A DNA stretch of 64,000 bases from Chthonomonadales bacterium (GCA_012517255.1 JAAYVH010000002.1:6137-70136), one strand, 5' to 3'. Counted from the first letter of the stretch, positions 1 to 10,295 are shown. Numbers and translations: made by a program. Notes: generated by a model from the letters alone, not told the origin.

Positions 1-120
1 AAGGCCGCAGTAGGCCGCTACCATCCAGTTGGGCCGGTCATGGACGGCGCTTCCGATGAGCGCCGCCGGCATGGGGCAAAGAAACGTTCGCGGCCCCAGG
101 GCCATTTTCTCCATGCGCAT
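1..120 (-). CDS. flavin reductase-like FMN-binding protein, 5' end only (gene runs off the left edge)
   Basis: Absent from the ORF track because it has no stop inside the window. The reverse strand reads GGAGGAGT then ATG (complement of 118-120), then MRMEKMALGPRTFLCPMPAALIGSAVHDRPNWMVAAYCGL. The P-x-P-hydrophobic stretch followed by 'PN-M--A-' is the usual opening of flavin-reductase-domain proteins. Only 40 codons are visible. Confidence 0.5.
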   Translation of the reverse strand, partial: MRMEKMALGPRTFLCPMPAALIGSAVHDRPNWMVAAYCGL

Positions 121-151
121 ACTCCTCCGCAGCCGACTCCTGATCGGCCTC

Positions 152-850
152 TCAGTTGCGTGAAAACACGTCTTTCCAGTCGTCCGGATCGAACGGGGTG
201 GCGATCCGGCTCTCGTCTTGCTGACGCTCGAGCCGCTCGATGCTCCGCTGAAGGTACGCGATCTCCTGTTGCAGTCGCTCGGAGGTGCTTGTCAGCTCGA
301 GGAACTGCTGGCGGCGCATCAGCGGCAACTGCACGACCGATGCGACGACGAACGACAATTCCGAGGGGTCGGCCGGCAGCTCATATTCGGGCACCTCGAT
401 GCCTGCCTTGGCTACGAGGGCCTCGAAATAGGTGCTGAAGAGCCGCCGAACCTCCTGGACCAGAGGCTCGATGGTACGCGGGCTCGCAGGCAGATCGTAG
501 ACCGGCTCAACCGTGGCGATCTGGTAGTCATCCTCCGTCTTTCGCCGCCGCAGGACGGCGAACCGGGCGTCGCCGACCGCCAGCACATTCATGCGCCCGT
601 CGTCCAGACGCTGCACCGCATGGATGCGGGCCAGCGTGCCAACGCGGGCGGTCTCTTCGCCCCGCTCGTCGGCATCGGCTGCCAGGACGACGCCGAATGG
701 CTCTTTGGCCTCCGAGCATCGGAGGATGAGCTTGCGGAACCGCTCCTCAAAGACGTGCAGCGGCAGCGGCATCCGTGGGAAGAGCACGGTGTTGAGCGGG
801 AATAGCGCTACTTCGAGTCGGTCCATGGCGGTTAGCGAATCGCGGGCCAT
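152..850 (-). CDS. stand-alone LON substrate-binding (Lon N-terminal) domain protein
   Basis: 232-aa ORF. LEVALFPLNTVLFPRMPLPLHVFEERFRKL is the classic opening of the LON substrate-binding domain. No AAA+ or protease domain follows. The overlapping + strand ORFs are Arg/Ala/Pro-rich shadow ORFs. Confidence 0.85.
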   Translation of the reverse strand: MARDSLTAMDRLEVALFPLNTVLFPRMPLPLHVFEERFRKLILRCSEAKEPFGVVLAADADERGEETARVGTLARIHAVQRLDDGRMNVLAVGDARFAVLRRRKTEDDYQIATVEPVYDLPASPRTIEPLVQEVRRLFSTYFEALVAKAGIEVPEYELPADPSELSFVVASVVQLPLMRRQQFLELTSTSERLQQEIAYLQRSIERLERQQDESRIATPFDPDDWKDVFSRN

Positions 851-910
851 CGCCGTCGGCTATGTCGGCGCGGCATGGTCTAGTTCTTCGCTGTCTCCGC
901 GGCTTCCTCC

Positions 911-2896
911 TTGTTGGTCGGCCAAATCGGCGACTGCAGAACCACCTTCCTGTACCCAGGAAATCGGCGTCACCGCGCCGAAGCTATGCCTATGAGCGCA
1001 ATCACAGACGCATCGGTATCGGTGCGCACGATAGGGTCGTCCAATGTGGGGATCATCCGACGCGACGGCAAGTGTCTGCTGATCGGATGCGCGCCGCCCG
1101 ACGAGATCGCACGAGCCGATGTGGACCCGACATGGGTCGAGTGGATACTCCTGACGCATCATCACCGAAACGCCGCTGATGGTCTCCGCGACTGGGCCGC
1201 CATGGGCGCGCGGCTGGCTGTCCCCGAGGCTGAGCGACGCCTGTTCGAGGACGCCGAGGCACGCTGGCGTGACGAGTCCCACCGCGTCCACGCCTACAAC
1301 TACCATCCCTCCCGCCGGACCCTTCGCGAGAACGTGCCCGTCGCCCGTGGCCTTGGGCCCACGGATGCATTCGAATGGCGGGGCCTCTTGATTGACGCCA
1401 TTCCCACGCCGGGGCCCAGTTCGGGCGGCGTGAGTCTCATCGTTCGCGACGGAGACAGGACCATCGCCTTTGTGGGCGAGCTCATGTGCGGCCATGGGAA
1501 GCTCCGCGACTTCTGGCTGCTGCAGGGGCGCCGGCCCATGCCCGGCGGCGAGCTCATGGAATACCATGGCTTCGGTGAACGAGCTCTCGACTGCGTCGCC
1601 TCTCTCGAGACCGTTCTGGAGCGGAAGCCTGATGTGCTCGTGCCGAGTTTTGGCTCCGCCGTCCGAAGGCCGGTCCAGGCCGTTGCGGCCCTGAAGGCTC
1701 GCATCGGGGCGGCGCGGCGCAACTACCACGCCATCAGCGCAGGACGATGGTACTTCCCCGCCGCGTGGCCCGACGTGCCGGACATCACTGCCGATCTGCG
1801 CAAGCGGTGCCGACCTCTGCCAACGTGGGTGCTCGAGGTCGGCGGCACGTCGCGCTGCATCGTTGCGGACGACCGCGCGGCGCTGCTCATGGACTGCGCC
1901 GGCGATGCGCCAGAGCGGATCCGGTCGCTCCAGGCGTCAGGACGTCTGGGCCAGATCGAAGGTCTCTGGATCACCCACTACCACGACGACCACGTGGATC
2001 ACGTGAACGCGTTCATCGCCGCTCAGCCGTGCCCCGTGATCGTCCATCGCACCATGGCGGACCTCCTGCGTCGACCGGAGGCCTACTGGATGCCATGCCT
2101 CGATCCCCGCCCGATCACGCCGAACCGGATCACGTCCGACGGGGAGAGCTGGCAGTGGCGCGGATTCACGGTGACGGCCTATGATCTGCCGGGACAGACC
2201 TTCTACGACGCCGCCCTGCTCGTTGAACGGGGCTCCGAGCGGGTGCTGTTCGTCGGCGACTCGTTCACTCCCGGCGGCCTGGACGACTATTGCACGTTGA
2301 ACCGTAACCTGCTCGGACCGGGCCTTGGTTACGATCGGTGCCTTGCGCTGCTCGATCGGCTCGGTCCCGATGTGCTCCTCGTCAACCAGCATGTGGCCGG
2401 CGGGTTTGTGTTCTCTCGCGCCGAAGTGGCCGACATGCGCCGCACGCTGGATGAACGCCGACGGCTTTTCGCCGACCTCCTCGACTGGGACGATCCGAAC
2501 TTCGGCCTCGATCCGCAATGGATCCGCCTGGAACCGTACCACTGCGCCGCCCGTCCGGGCGATCGGATCGAGTGGACGATCATCGTTCAGAACTATGGAG
2601 TCAGGCTCAAGCGGTTCCGACTCGAGCTGCGCCTGCCGGACGGCTGGCGTTCCGAGCGGGACAGCGGCGTGCTGACCGTGCCTGCGCGCTCTGAAGGTCG
2701 GTTGACCGTCTCGGCTATTCCCGAGCGCGAGACGCGCCGCCGCTCCGTGGTCGGCCTGGCCGTTCAGATGGACCGGCGCAATCTGGGCGACATCGCCGAA
2801 GCCATCGTGGACATCACCGACGCCTCGCCCTCGTCGCTGGGAACACACCAGTCTCCCTCTCCCTTGACGGGGGAGGGCACGGGAGGGGGTGAATGA
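911..2896 (+). CDS. MBL-fold metallo-hydrolase (two beta-lactamase-fold halves plus a C-terminal beta-sandwich-like tail)
   Basis: 661-aa ORF with two HxHxDH-type metal motifs (LLTHHHRNAADG and WITHYHDDHVDHV). The track start at 911 is TTG. The first ATG, at 986 (MPMSAITD...), is an equally plausible start. The stop overlaps the next gene's start in ATGA (2893-2896). Confidence 0.85.
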   Translation: MLVGQIGDCRTTFLYPGNRRHRAEAMPMSAITDASVSVRTIGSSNVGIIRRDGKCLLIGCAPPDEIARADVDPTWVEWILLTHHHRNAADGLRDWAAMGARLAVPEAERRLFEDAEARWRDESHRVHAYNYHPSRRTLRENVPVARGLGPTDAFEWRGLLIDAIPTPGPSSGGVSLIVRDGDRTIAFVGELMCGHGKLRDFWLLQGRRPMPGGELMEYHGFGERALDCVASLETVLERKPDVLVPSFGSAVRRPVQAVAALKARIGAARRNYHAISAGRWYFPAAWPDVPDITADLRKRCRPLPTWVLEVGGTSRCIVADDRAALLMDCAGDAPERIRSLQASGRLGQIEGLWITHYHDDHVDHVNAFIAAQPCPVIVHRTMADLLRRPEAYWMPCLDPRPITPNRITSDGESWQWRGFTVTAYDLPGQTFYDAALLVERGSERVLFVGDSFTPGGLDDYCTLNRNLLGPGLGYDRCLALLDRLGPDVLLVNQHVAGGFVFSRAEVADMRRTLDERRRLFADLLDWDDPNFGLDPQWIRLEPYHCAARPGDRIEWTIIVQNYGVRLKRFRLELRLPDGWRSERDSGVLTVPARSEGRLTVSAIPERETRRRSVVGLAVQMDRRNLGDIAEAIVDITDASPSSLGTHQSPSPLTGEGTGGGE

Positions 2897-3927
2897 GAGA
2901 CCCGCGCCCGGTAGCTCAGGTGATCGAAGAAGAAGGCGTGGCTGCGGCCATAGGCCTCAAGCACGTCGCCAGTCTGCTCTACACCTACCGCTGCACCCTC
3001 TCCTGCCGACATTGCTGCTTCTACTGCAGCCCCCGCCGGCCCGCGACGCATGCAAGCCTTGATGACGCAGTCGGATGGCTCATGCAGCTACACCAGACCG
3101 ATCGGGTCATCCACATCGCCGGCGGCGAAGCCATGATGTACTTCACGCAACTGCTGGACCTCTGCCGTGCGGCCAACCGACACAACGCGGCGCCCCACTT
3201 CATCGAGACCAACGCCACGTTCGCGCGGAACCAGGCTGTCACGTATGAGAGGCTCTCCATGCTCCGTGATGCCGGCGTTCGCGGGCTGCTGATCAGCGCC
3301 GATCCCTACCATCAGCGCCTGTGTCCGCCCGCGAATCGTAAGCGGTGCCGCGATGTCGCCGTCGAGGTTTTCGGCGAGCGCAATGTCGCGGCAGCGGATC
3401 ATTCGCTGGAGGAGCTGCAGGACTTGCGCGACATCGGCCGCGATGAAGCGCGTCTCGGCGAATGGACACGCCGACATCCGCCCCTGCTCTCGGGCCGTGC
3501 GGGCGATGAGCTCGCTCGATTCTTCGCCGACAGGCCCGCGAGCGACCTGACCGACGCTATGTGGCACGGCGGCGAAGGCGATCCGTCATGCCGGCAGGAG
3601 TTCGACCCCGAGACCATGTGGGAGATCCACATTGATCCCTATGGCAACCTGGAGACATGCTGTCTGATTGTGCTCGGCAACGTGCACGAGAAGACGCTGC
3701 CGGAGTTCATGCGAGACGGCTTCCTCGGCCGTAGCCCCGTCATTGACGCCGTCTACCACGAAGGGCCTCTGGGCCTGCTTCGCCTGGCCGTGGACCGGGG
3801 ATATCAGCCGAGGGCGGGCTACCCGCAGAAGTGCGGCCTGTGCTGGGAGGTCCGCAAGTTCCTCCGGCCCCACTTTCCGGACGTGCTCGGACCCGACGAG
3901 GTCTATGTCCCGGATCCGAGCGATTAG
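2893..3927 (+). CDS. radical SAM protein with a Cys-rich (SPASM-like) C-terminal region
   Basis: CxxxCxxC cluster motif in YRCTLSCRHCCFYC, GGE motif in HIAGGEAMMY, and C-terminal cysteines (DPSCRQ, YGNLETCC, QKCGLCW). A GGAGG core at 2882-2886 lies 6 nt upstream of the ATG. There is a 4-nt ATGA overlap with the upstream MBL gene. Confidence 0.85.
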   Translation: MRDPRPVAQVIEEEGVAAAIGLKHVASLLYTYRCTLSCRHCCFYCSPRRPATHASLDDAVGWLMQLHQTDRVIHIAGGEAMMYFTQLLDLCRAANRHNAAPHFIETNATFARNQAVTYERLSMLRDAGVRGLLISADPYHQRLCPPANRKRCRDVAVEVFGERNVAAADHSLEELQDLRDIGRDEARLGEWTRRHPPLLSGRAGDELARFFADRPASDLTDAMWHGGEGDPSCRQEFDPETMWEIHIDPYGNLETCCLIVLGNVHEKTLPEFMRDGFLGRSPVIDAVYHEGPLGLLRLAVDRGYQPRAGYPQKCGLCWEVRKFLRPHFPDVLGPDEVYVPDPSD

Positions 3928-3962
3928 GCGACGAGATCACCATTTCAAGGAGGGATCAGACC

Positions 3963-5021
3963 ATGCAACGTCGGCCATGGATAGCGCTGCCACTGGTTGG
4001 GTTCGCCCTGCTCATCTCCGGATGCGGTGGGATGGACTGGTCACCCGACGGCACGAAGATCGTGACTGCCTGGCAGAGCGGCGCTGATCATACAGTGTTG
4101 GGCGTGGTGGATCTGAGAACCGGAGTACGCAGGGCGCTGCCGGGTTCTGGCGACGCTATGAACCCCCGATGGTCGCCGGATGGTCGCTGGATCGCGATCA
4201 ATCGGTGGGTCGGCGGCTCGCAGATCGCCCATGTCCACGACCTGCTGACCGGCAAGACCGCCGCCATGGGCGTGAGAGACTGCTCGACCTTCGTATGGCG
4301 GGAGGACTCTGCGCGACTGCTCGTGTGCACGAACGAGGCCGCCCTGTGCTATGCCATCCCGGACCTCGCACCAACATGGGAGGCCAAGCTGCCGCCGCAG
4401 GCCAGCGCCGTCGTTACCGGCGCGTGGATACCGGATACCGATGCCGTCGCACTGCTGGCCAGCAATGACCTCTGGCTCATCGAAGGGGCCGAGGTGTCGC
4501 GGCTCACGACCACCGGCGATGTGCTCGGCTTCGGCATCCGCCCGGGCGCCAAGGAGCTCATCTGGGCGCGGGCGAGCCGCAACCCTCGCTACATTCTGCT
4601 CTCGCTCTACGCCATGCCGATCAAGGAGCGATCGGCGCGACGACTGCCGATGCCATACCGCGTTGCAGAGATCAACCCCTCGCCCAGAGCGCCGATCACC
4701 GCTGTCGGTCCCGTCAGCTTCTCGCCGGACGGGCGGCACATGGCGGTCACGTGCGTGTTTGTGCCTGCGGGACGCAAGAAAGGGACTGAGAGCGCGAGGG
4801 TCTTCGTCATGGACCTTAACGGCAGGAACGCACGGTTGCCGTATCCCGAGAAACTCGGCCAGCCGCTTCTGCCTGTGGGCCCGACGTCATTCTCGCCGGA
4901 TGGCCGTCGCCTATCGCTCACCATCGGCACACAGAAGACGGCGCGCCTGTGGGTATGCAATGCCGACGGAACGGGCGGCCGGATCGTGATGACGACTTCG
5001 CTCTCGCAGAAGACGCGCTGA
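3963..5021 (+). CDS. TolB-like / PD40 beta-propeller repeat lipoprotein
   Basis: I moved the start from 3831 to ATG 3963, which has AAGGAGGG 8 nt upstream. The N-terminus MQRRPWIALPLVGFALLISGCGG is a lipoprotein signal peptide with a lipobox (LISGC). There are repeated xSPDG PD40 motifs (WSPDGTKIV, WSPDGRWIA, FSPDGRHMA, FSPDGRRLS). Confidence 0.8.
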   Translation: MQRRPWIALPLVGFALLISGCGGMDWSPDGTKIVTAWQSGADHTVLGVVDLRTGVRRALPGSGDAMNPRWSPDGRWIAINRWVGGSQIAHVHDLLTGKTAAMGVRDCSTFVWREDSARLLVCTNEAALCYAIPDLAPTWEAKLPPQASAVVTGAWIPDTDAVALLASNDLWLIEGAEVSRLTTTGDVLGFGIRPGAKELIWARASRNPRYILLSLYAMPIKERSARRLPMPYRVAEINPSPRAPITAVGPVSFSPDGRHMAVTCVFVPAGRKKGTESARVFVMDLNGRNARLPYPEKLGQPLLPVGPTSFSPDGRRLSLTIGTQKTARLWVCNADGTGGRIVMTTSLSQKTR

Positions 5022-5051
5022 CAGCGTAGTAACACTCAGTCGCGAAGGAGC

Positions 5052-5930
5052 ATGGGAGTGCCGCACACACAGATTAAGGCAGGCGACCTCACAGCCGTCA
5101 TCGGCGACAATGGCGCGCAAGGCGAGCACCGCGCCGGCTACAACGGCGTCTGGAGCCTGAAGCACCGGGCGTGCACGCGGAGTCCGTTCGTTCCCTCCTA
5201 TGCGGGCCTGAACCTTGAGCACATATTCGATGGCGCGACCGAGCTGAAGCCTGGCAACTTCTTTGAGCCGCGCACGGCGCCCATGACGCTGCGCCGGATC
5301 TCAGCCTCCGCCGCCGAGCTCCATCAGCCTCCGACGCCGGCGACCAGTCTCGAAAGCTGGACCCGCTTCACGCTCACAGCGCCGCACTACGTCGATATGC
5401 AGTTCCGGTGCCGTCCCCATCTGGCCGCGTTCCGACATGGCTACATCGGCCTCTTCTGGGCCAGCTACATCCACGGGCCCGAGGATAAGAGCATGTACTT
5501 CCTGGGCGGCACGCGATCCGGCGAGGCGCAATGGGCACAGCTCTGCACGCAGGAGCACAACGACGAATCCACGGTGCGGAGCATGACCGACGACTTCGTC
5601 GCGCGGATGGAGCCCTATGACCGGGGAACCCTCTACGCCTCGATGTCCCGCCTTCGCTATGCCGAGCCGTTCTACTACGGTCTGTTCGAGAACATGACGC
5701 TCATCTACATGTTCGACGGCCCGGGCCTCATCCGCTTCGCCCACTCGCCTTCCGGCGGCGGGAACGACCCGGCTCGGCGCACCACGTGCCCTGCGTGGGA
5801 CTTCCAGTGGATCCTGCCCCAATACGAAGTGGGCCAAGAGTATGCGCTGCGCATGCGGCTGTGCTTCAGACCGCGGTGCGCGAGGGAGCGGGTGATCGAG
5901 GAGTATCACGGATGGAAGAGAGGCGACTGA
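5052..5930 (+). CDS. conserved-looking hypothetical protein (function unknown)
   Basis: 292-aa ORF with balanced, non-shadow-like composition, same strand as the operon upstream and 30 nt after it. GAAGGAG ends 1 nt before ATG 5052, so the in-frame GTG at 5058 (7-nt spacing) may be the real start. I recognise no motif. Confidence 0.6.
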   Translation: MGVPHTQIKAGDLTAVIGDNGAQGEHRAGYNGVWSLKHRACTRSPFVPSYAGLNLEHIFDGATELKPGNFFEPRTAPMTLRRISASAAELHQPPTPATSLESWTRFTLTAPHYVDMQFRCRPHLAAFRHGYIGLFWASYIHGPEDKSMYFLGGTRSGEAQWAQLCTQEHNDESTVRSMTDDFVARMEPYDRGTLYASMSRLRYAEPFYYGLFENMTLIYMFDGPGLIRFAHSPSGGGNDPARRTTCPAWDFQWILPQYEVGQEYALRMRLCFRPRCARERVIEEYHGWKRGD

Positions 5931-6037
5931 CGGTCATCCTCCTGCAGGCGGTGAACGTGGCTGCGCATACCCGCTCGCATGGGTGACCAAGCATAGCCGC
6001 ATTGTCTTCCTCGTGAACCGCCCTCTCAGGGCCAAGG

Positions 6038-6043
6038 TATAAT
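6038..6043 (+). promoter_or_regulatory. perfect TATAAT -10-like box upstream of the Pat/PatZ-like gene
   Basis: TATAAT at 6038-6043 in an otherwise GC-rich 180-bp intergenic region, about 68 nt upstream of ATG 6111. The best -35 candidate is poor (GTGAAC at 6013-6018, 19-nt spacer). The ORF-track ATG at 6042 lies inside this box. Confidence 0.3.
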
Positions 6044-6110
6044 GTCGCGGGCGCAACGGGCGCCTGCGGATGTTCGTGTCGCCCCCCAAAGCAAGACCAC
6101 AGGAGCAGAT

Positions 6111-8852
6111 ATGACCGCCTCCGGCCAGCCGTACCTCGAGACCGCCCATGACATTCTGGGTCAGCGTGAGCGGCCTCTCAGCGCGTTCTTCCATCCCAAA
6201 GCCGTCGCCGTGATCGGCGCTTCCGAGCAACCTGGAAGCGTCGGCCGCACAATTCTCTGGAACCTTGTGAGCAATCCGTTCGGCGGCATGGTGTTCCCTG
6301 TCAACCCGAAACGTCCCAGCGTGCTTGGCATCAAGGCCTATCCGAGCATATCCGATGTGCCAGAGCAGGTGGATCTCGCGGTGATCGCCACGCCGGCACG
6401 CACGGTGCCGGGCGTCATCGCCGAGTGCGGCGCCATGGGTATCAAGGCAGCCATAGTGATCTCGGCGGGCTTCAAGGAGATCGGCCCCGAGGGAGTGGAG
6501 CTGGAGCGTCAGTTGCTCGAAGAGGCCCGTAAGGTTCAGATGCGCGTCATCGGGCCCAACTGCCTGGGCCTGATGTGCCCGCCCAGCGGCGTTAATGCGA
6601 CCTTCGCGGCAGCCATGGCAAGGCCCGGCACCGTCGGGTTCATCAGCCAGAGCGGAGCTCTCTGCACCGCCGTTCTCGACTGGAGCCTCAAGGAGCTGGT
6701 GGGTTTCAGCGCGTTCATCTCCATCGGCTCGATGGCGGATGTGGGATGGGGCGACCTGATTGACTACCTCGGCGACGATCCTCAGACACGCAGTATCGTG
6801 ATCTACATGGAGTCGGTAGGCAACGCCCGGTCGTTTCTGAGCGCCGCGCGCGAAGTGGCGCTCTCCAAGCCGATCATCATCATCAAGGCAGGTCGAACCG
6901 AACAGGCTGCGCAGGCGGCCGCCTCGCACACCGGTTCGCTGACCGGCAGCGACGAGGTGCTGGTTGCCGCGTTCCGCCGGTCGGGCGTGCTGCGCGTGGA
7001 TCGCATCTCCGACCTCTTCTACATGGCCGAGATTCTGGCACGCCAGCCTCGACCCAAGGGTCCGCGCCTGACGATCCTCACCAATGCCGGCTGTCCCGGA
7101 GTGCTCGCCACCGACGCGCTCATCACGAACGGCGGCGAGCTGACGGTGCTCTCGGAGGAGACCATCACGAACCTCAACGAGGTTCTTCCGCCCCAATGGA
7201 GCCACGCCAACCCGATCGACATTCTGGGAGACGCGAGCCCCGAGCGCTACGCGAAGTCTGTCGAGATCGCTGCCAACGACCCCAACAGCGACGGCCTGCT
7301 GGTGGTGCTGACCCCCCAGGCGATGACCCACCCGACGCAGACCGCCGACATGCTCCGGCCCTATGCGCAGGGCTCCGGCAAGCCGCTCCTCGCGAGCTGG
7401 ATGGGCGGCGCCGACGTGATGGCTGGCGAGAGCATTCTGAACCATGCCAACATTCCCACATTCCCCTATCCCGACAGCGCGGCGCGGGCGTTCATGTACA
7501 TGTGGCAATACAGCTACAACCTCCGGGGCATCTACGAGACGCCCAGCACGGCGCACGGGATTGACGACCGGGAAGCCGTGGACGCTGCCGCCCGACTGAT
7601 TGAGACGGCGCGGTCGGAAGGCCGAACCATTCTGACGGAGTACGAATCCAAGAAGCTGCTGGCGCTGTATGGGATTCCGACCGTTCAGACCGAACTGGCC
7701 GAGACGCCCGACGACGCTGTCGCAGCCGCGGACCGGATCGGCTATCCCGTCGTTGTCAAGCTGCACTCCAACACGATCACCCACAAGACCGATGTCGGCG
7801 GCGTCATGCTCAACCTGCGCGATGCCGATGCGGTGCGCAATGCGTTCGCCTCCATTAGGAAGACGCTCGCCGAACGTGTCGGCGAGGGGCACTTCGACGG
7901 CGTCACCGTGCAGCCTATGGTGAAGATGGAGGGCTACGAGGTCATCATCGGCAGCTCCATTGACCCCCAGTTCGGTCCGGTGCTCCTTTTCGGCACTGGC
8001 GGTCAGCTCGTCGAGGTGTTCAAGGACCGGTCGCTGAGCCTGCCGCCTCTGACGACTACGTTGGCTCGACGCGTCATGGAGAAGACGCGCATCTTCCGCG
8101 CCCTCCAGGGCGTGCGCGGGCGCAAGCCCGTGGACATCGCGCTCCTCGAGCAGCTCATGGTCCGGTTCAGCTACCTGGTGGTGGAGCAACGCTGGATCAA
8201 GGAGATAGACATCAACCCGCTGCTCGCTTCGGCAGACGGTCTGGTGGCTCTCGATGCGCGCGTTGTCCTGTTCGGACCCGAGACGAAGGAAGAAGACCTG
8301 CCGAAGCTGGCGATTCGGCCCTATCCTTCCCAGTACATCGGCAGAACGTCGCTGCGCGATGGCACCGAGGTGCTGATTCGACCGATCCGCCCCGACGACG
8401 AGCCGCTCATCGTCGAGTTCCACAAGACGCTGTCGGAGCAGAGCGTCTACCTGCGCTTCTTCCACGCCATGAAGTTCAGTCAGCGCACCGCGCACGACCG
8501 CATGATCCGGATCTGCTTCAATGACTATGATCGCGAGATCGCGCTCGTCGGGGAGTATCAGAACCCCGAGACGGGCAAGCGCGAGATCCTCGGCGTGGCC
8601 CGTCTGACGCGGCTCTACGGCACCAAAGACTCGGAGTTCTCGCTCCTCGTCAATGACCAGTGGCACGGCCGCGGCCTCGGGACTGAGCTGCTCAGTCGCC
8701 TGATTCAGATTGCGCGAGACGAGAAGATCGAGCGGATCCTTGCCGACATCCTGCCGGAGAACTACGTTATGCAGCACGTCTGCGAGAAGCTCGGCTTCCA
8801 GATGACCCGCGCGATGGGCGCCGACATGGTCAAGGCGCGCATCGAGCTGTGA
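6111..8852 (+). CDS. bifunctional acetate--CoA ligase (ADP-forming) family / GNAT N-acetyltransferase (Pat/PatZ-like protein acetyltransferase architecture)
   Basis: CoA-binding N-terminus ([23 protein letters not shown]), a succinyl-CoA-synthetase-like region, an ATP-grasp region ([22 protein letters not shown]) and a C-terminal GNAT domain ([20 protein letters not shown]). I moved the start from 6042 to ATG 6111 because AGGAG at 6101-6105 lies 5 nt upstream. The 947-aa antisense ORF 5934-8777 is a shadow ORF. Confidence 0.9.
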   Translation: MTASGQPYLETAHDILGQRERPLSAFFHPKAVAVIGASEQPGSVGRTILWNLVSNPFGGMVFPVNPKRPSVLGIKAYPSISDVPEQVDLAVIATPARTVPGVIAECGAMGIKAAIVISAGFKEIGPEGVELERQLLEEARKVQMRVIGPNCLGLMCPPSGVNATFAAAMARPGTVGFISQSGALCTAVLDWSLKELVGFSAFISIGSMADVGWGDLIDYLGDDPQTRSIVIYMESVGNARSFLSAAREVALSKPIIIIKAGRTEQAAQAAASHTGSLTGSDEVLVAAFRRSGVLRVDRISDLFYMAEILARQPRPKGPRLTILTNAGCPGVLATDALITNGGELTVLSEETITNLNEVLPPQWSHANPIDILGDASPERYAKSVEIAANDPNSDGLLVVLTPQAMTHPTQTADMLRPYAQGSGKPLLASWMGGADVMAGESILNHANIPTFPYPDSAARAFMYMWQYSYNLRGIYETPSTAHGIDDREAVDAAARLIETARSEGRTILTEYESKKLLALYGIPTVQTELAETPDDAVAAADRIGYPVVVKLHSNTITHKTDVGGVMLNLRDADAVRNAFASIRKTLAERVGEGHFDGVTVQPMVKMEGYEVIIGSSIDPQFGPVLLFGTGGQLVEVFKDRSLSLPPLTTTLARRVMEKTRIFRALQGVRGRKPVDIALLEQLMVRFSYLVVEQRWIKEIDINPLLASADGLVALDARVVLFGPETKEEDLPKLAIRPYPSQYIGRTSLRDGTEVLIRPIRPDDEPLIVEFHKTLSEQSVYLRFFHAMKFSQRTAHDRMIRICFNDYDREIALVGEYQNPETGKREILGVARLTRLYGTKDSEFSLLVNDQWHGRGLGTELLSRLIQIARDEKIERILADILPENYVMQHVCEKLGFQMTRAMGADMVKARIEL

Positions 8853-8871
8853 TCGGGTTGCTGTGTTCGTA

Positions 8872-8898
8872 GACGAGATGGACGAGATGGACGAGATG
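8872..8898 (+). repeat. perfect 9-bp tandem repeat (GACGAGATG) x3 in the leader of the ABC transporter gene
   Basis: The units at 8872-8880, 8881-8889 and 8890-8898 are identical. The repeat lies in the 51-bp gap between the Pat-like stop (8852) and the GTG start at 8904. Confidence 0.9.
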
Positions 8899-8903
8899 GG
8901 CCC

Positions 8904-10295
8904 GTGAGCCGACTGGGCCGTCTCGTCCTTGCCATTCTTGTCTGTGCGTCGGGCCGGTGTCTGGCTGCCGAACCGCTGGTCATCGGCACCGACGCAACGT
9001 ATCCCCCGCTGGAGTTCATGGAGGGCTCGGAGTTCACGGGCTTCGACATAGACCTCGGCAACGCGATCGCCCGCGAGATGGGGCGCACTCCGCAGTGGGT
9101 CAACTGCGGCTTCGACGGCATCCTGGCCGCCCTGGAATCGGGCAAGTTCGACCTGGTCATGTCGGCGCTCACCATCACAGACGAGCGTAAGCGTTCCCTC
9201 GCCTTCTCAGACCCCTACTACACCGCGGGCCAGGCTCTGGCATGCCGGAAGGACCGGCCGAATCTCAAGGGGATCGAGGACCTCAAGGGCGCCACGGTCG
9301 GCATCCAGATCAACACCACAGCCAAAGAGGTGCTCCGCGAGCGGCCCGACATCCGGATGCGCGAGTACAACAGCATAGACCTCGCGCTGCTGGACCTGCA
9401 GAACGGCAACATTGACGCGGTGATGACCGACCTGCCTGTCCTTCGGTACATGCTCCGTCGGAGCTTTGACAGCCTCCGGCTGACCGGCACGCTCCTGACC
9501 GAGGAGCGCTATGGCATCGCCGCCCGCAAGGATCGTGCTGCGCTCATTGCGGAGGTCAATGCCGCCATGGCGCGCCTCGAGGCGCGCGGCATCGTGCGCC
9601 AGCTGCATGCAAAATGGTTCGGTGAAGACGAGACGGTCACCCCGGCATCCCGGCGGGATCTCCTGGGGATCATCGTTCCCTCTCTTGCCAGAGCGGCGCT
9701 CGTCACGCTCCAGCTCACCTTTCTGTCGCTCATTCTGGGGCTGCCCATCGGCCTGCTCATCGCCCTCATGCGGATCAGCCGTCGCCGATGGATCTCCCTC
9801 CCTGCTGTGGCCTATGTCGAGGTTCTGCGCGGCACTCCCCTGCTGGTCCAGCTCTTCGCGATCTACTACGTGCTCCCTTCGGCAGGAATCCAGCTCGGCC
9901 AATGGCCCGCGGCGCTGCTCGCGTTCACGCTGAACAGCTCGGCCTATGTGGCCGAGATATTCCGCGCAGGCATCCTCTCGCTCGATATCGGCCAGATGGA
10001 GGCCGCACGCTCGCTAGGCATGAGTTACGGCATGGCCATGCGTCTGGTAATCCTTCCGCAGGCAGTTCACCGCGTGCTCCCGCCGCTCACCAACGAAGCC
10101 ATCGCCCTCCTCAAGGACACCTCCCTCGTGTCCGTCATCGCCATGGTGGAGCTGACACGGCAGGGACAGCAACTGACGGGCAGTCTCGCCGTGCCGATGC
10201 TGGTGTGGCCCCTGGTAGGCGCGTTCTACCTCGCCATGACCCTGCCGCTGACGCGTCTGGCGGCGGCGCTGGAACGACGATGGCAGACCAAGTGA
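8904..10295 (+). CDS. amino-acid ABC transporter, fused substrate-binding protein / permease
   Basis: GTG start. Signal peptide [24 protein letters not shown], then a type-3 periplasmic binding domain ([26 protein letters not shown]), then a multi-TM permease with an EAA loop ([22 protein letters not shown]). Confidence 0.9.
   Translation: MSRLGRLVLAILVCASGRCLAAEPLVIGTDATYPPLEFMEGSEFTGFDIDLGNAIAREMGRTPQWVNCGFDGILAALESGKFDLVMSALTITDERKRSLAFSDPYYTAGQALACRKDRPNLKGIEDLKGATVGIQINTTAKEVLRERPDIRMREYNSIDLALLDLQNGNIDAVMTDLPVLRYMLRRSFDSLRLTGTLLTEERYGIAARKDRAALIAEVNAAMARLEARGIVRQLHAKWFGEDETVTPASRRDLLGIIVPSLARAALVTLQLTFLSLILGLPIGLLIALMRISRRRWISLPAVAYVEVLRGTPLLVQLFAIYYVLPSAGIQLGQWPAALLAFTLNSSAYVAEIFRAGILSLDIGQMEAARSLGMSYGMAMRLVILPQAVHRVLPPLTNEAIALLKDTSLVSVIAMVELTRQGQQLTGSLAVPMLVWPLVGAFYLAMTLPLTRLAAALERRWQTK

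Noticed and set aside
40-438. 132-aa plus-strand ORF at the left edge
   Set aside because: It overlaps the SD-supported flavin-reductase-like 5' end and the LON-domain gene on the opposite strand. It is extremely Arg/Pro/Ala-rich.
5934-8777. 947-aa minus-strand ORF, the longest in this region
   Set aside because: It lies exactly antisense to the Pat/PatZ-like gene, whose plus-strand frame carries clear CoA-binding, ATP-grasp and GNAT motifs. The minus-strand product is Arg/Ala/Gly/Leu/Val-rich with no motif, which is typical of a high-GC shadow ORF.
9788-10279. N-terminal 164-aa extension of the ABC ATPase ORF given in the track (419 aa)
   Set aside because: The extension is an out-of-frame read-through of the permease gene (Arg/Pro-rich). 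The canonical ATPase N-terminus begins at ATG 10280.
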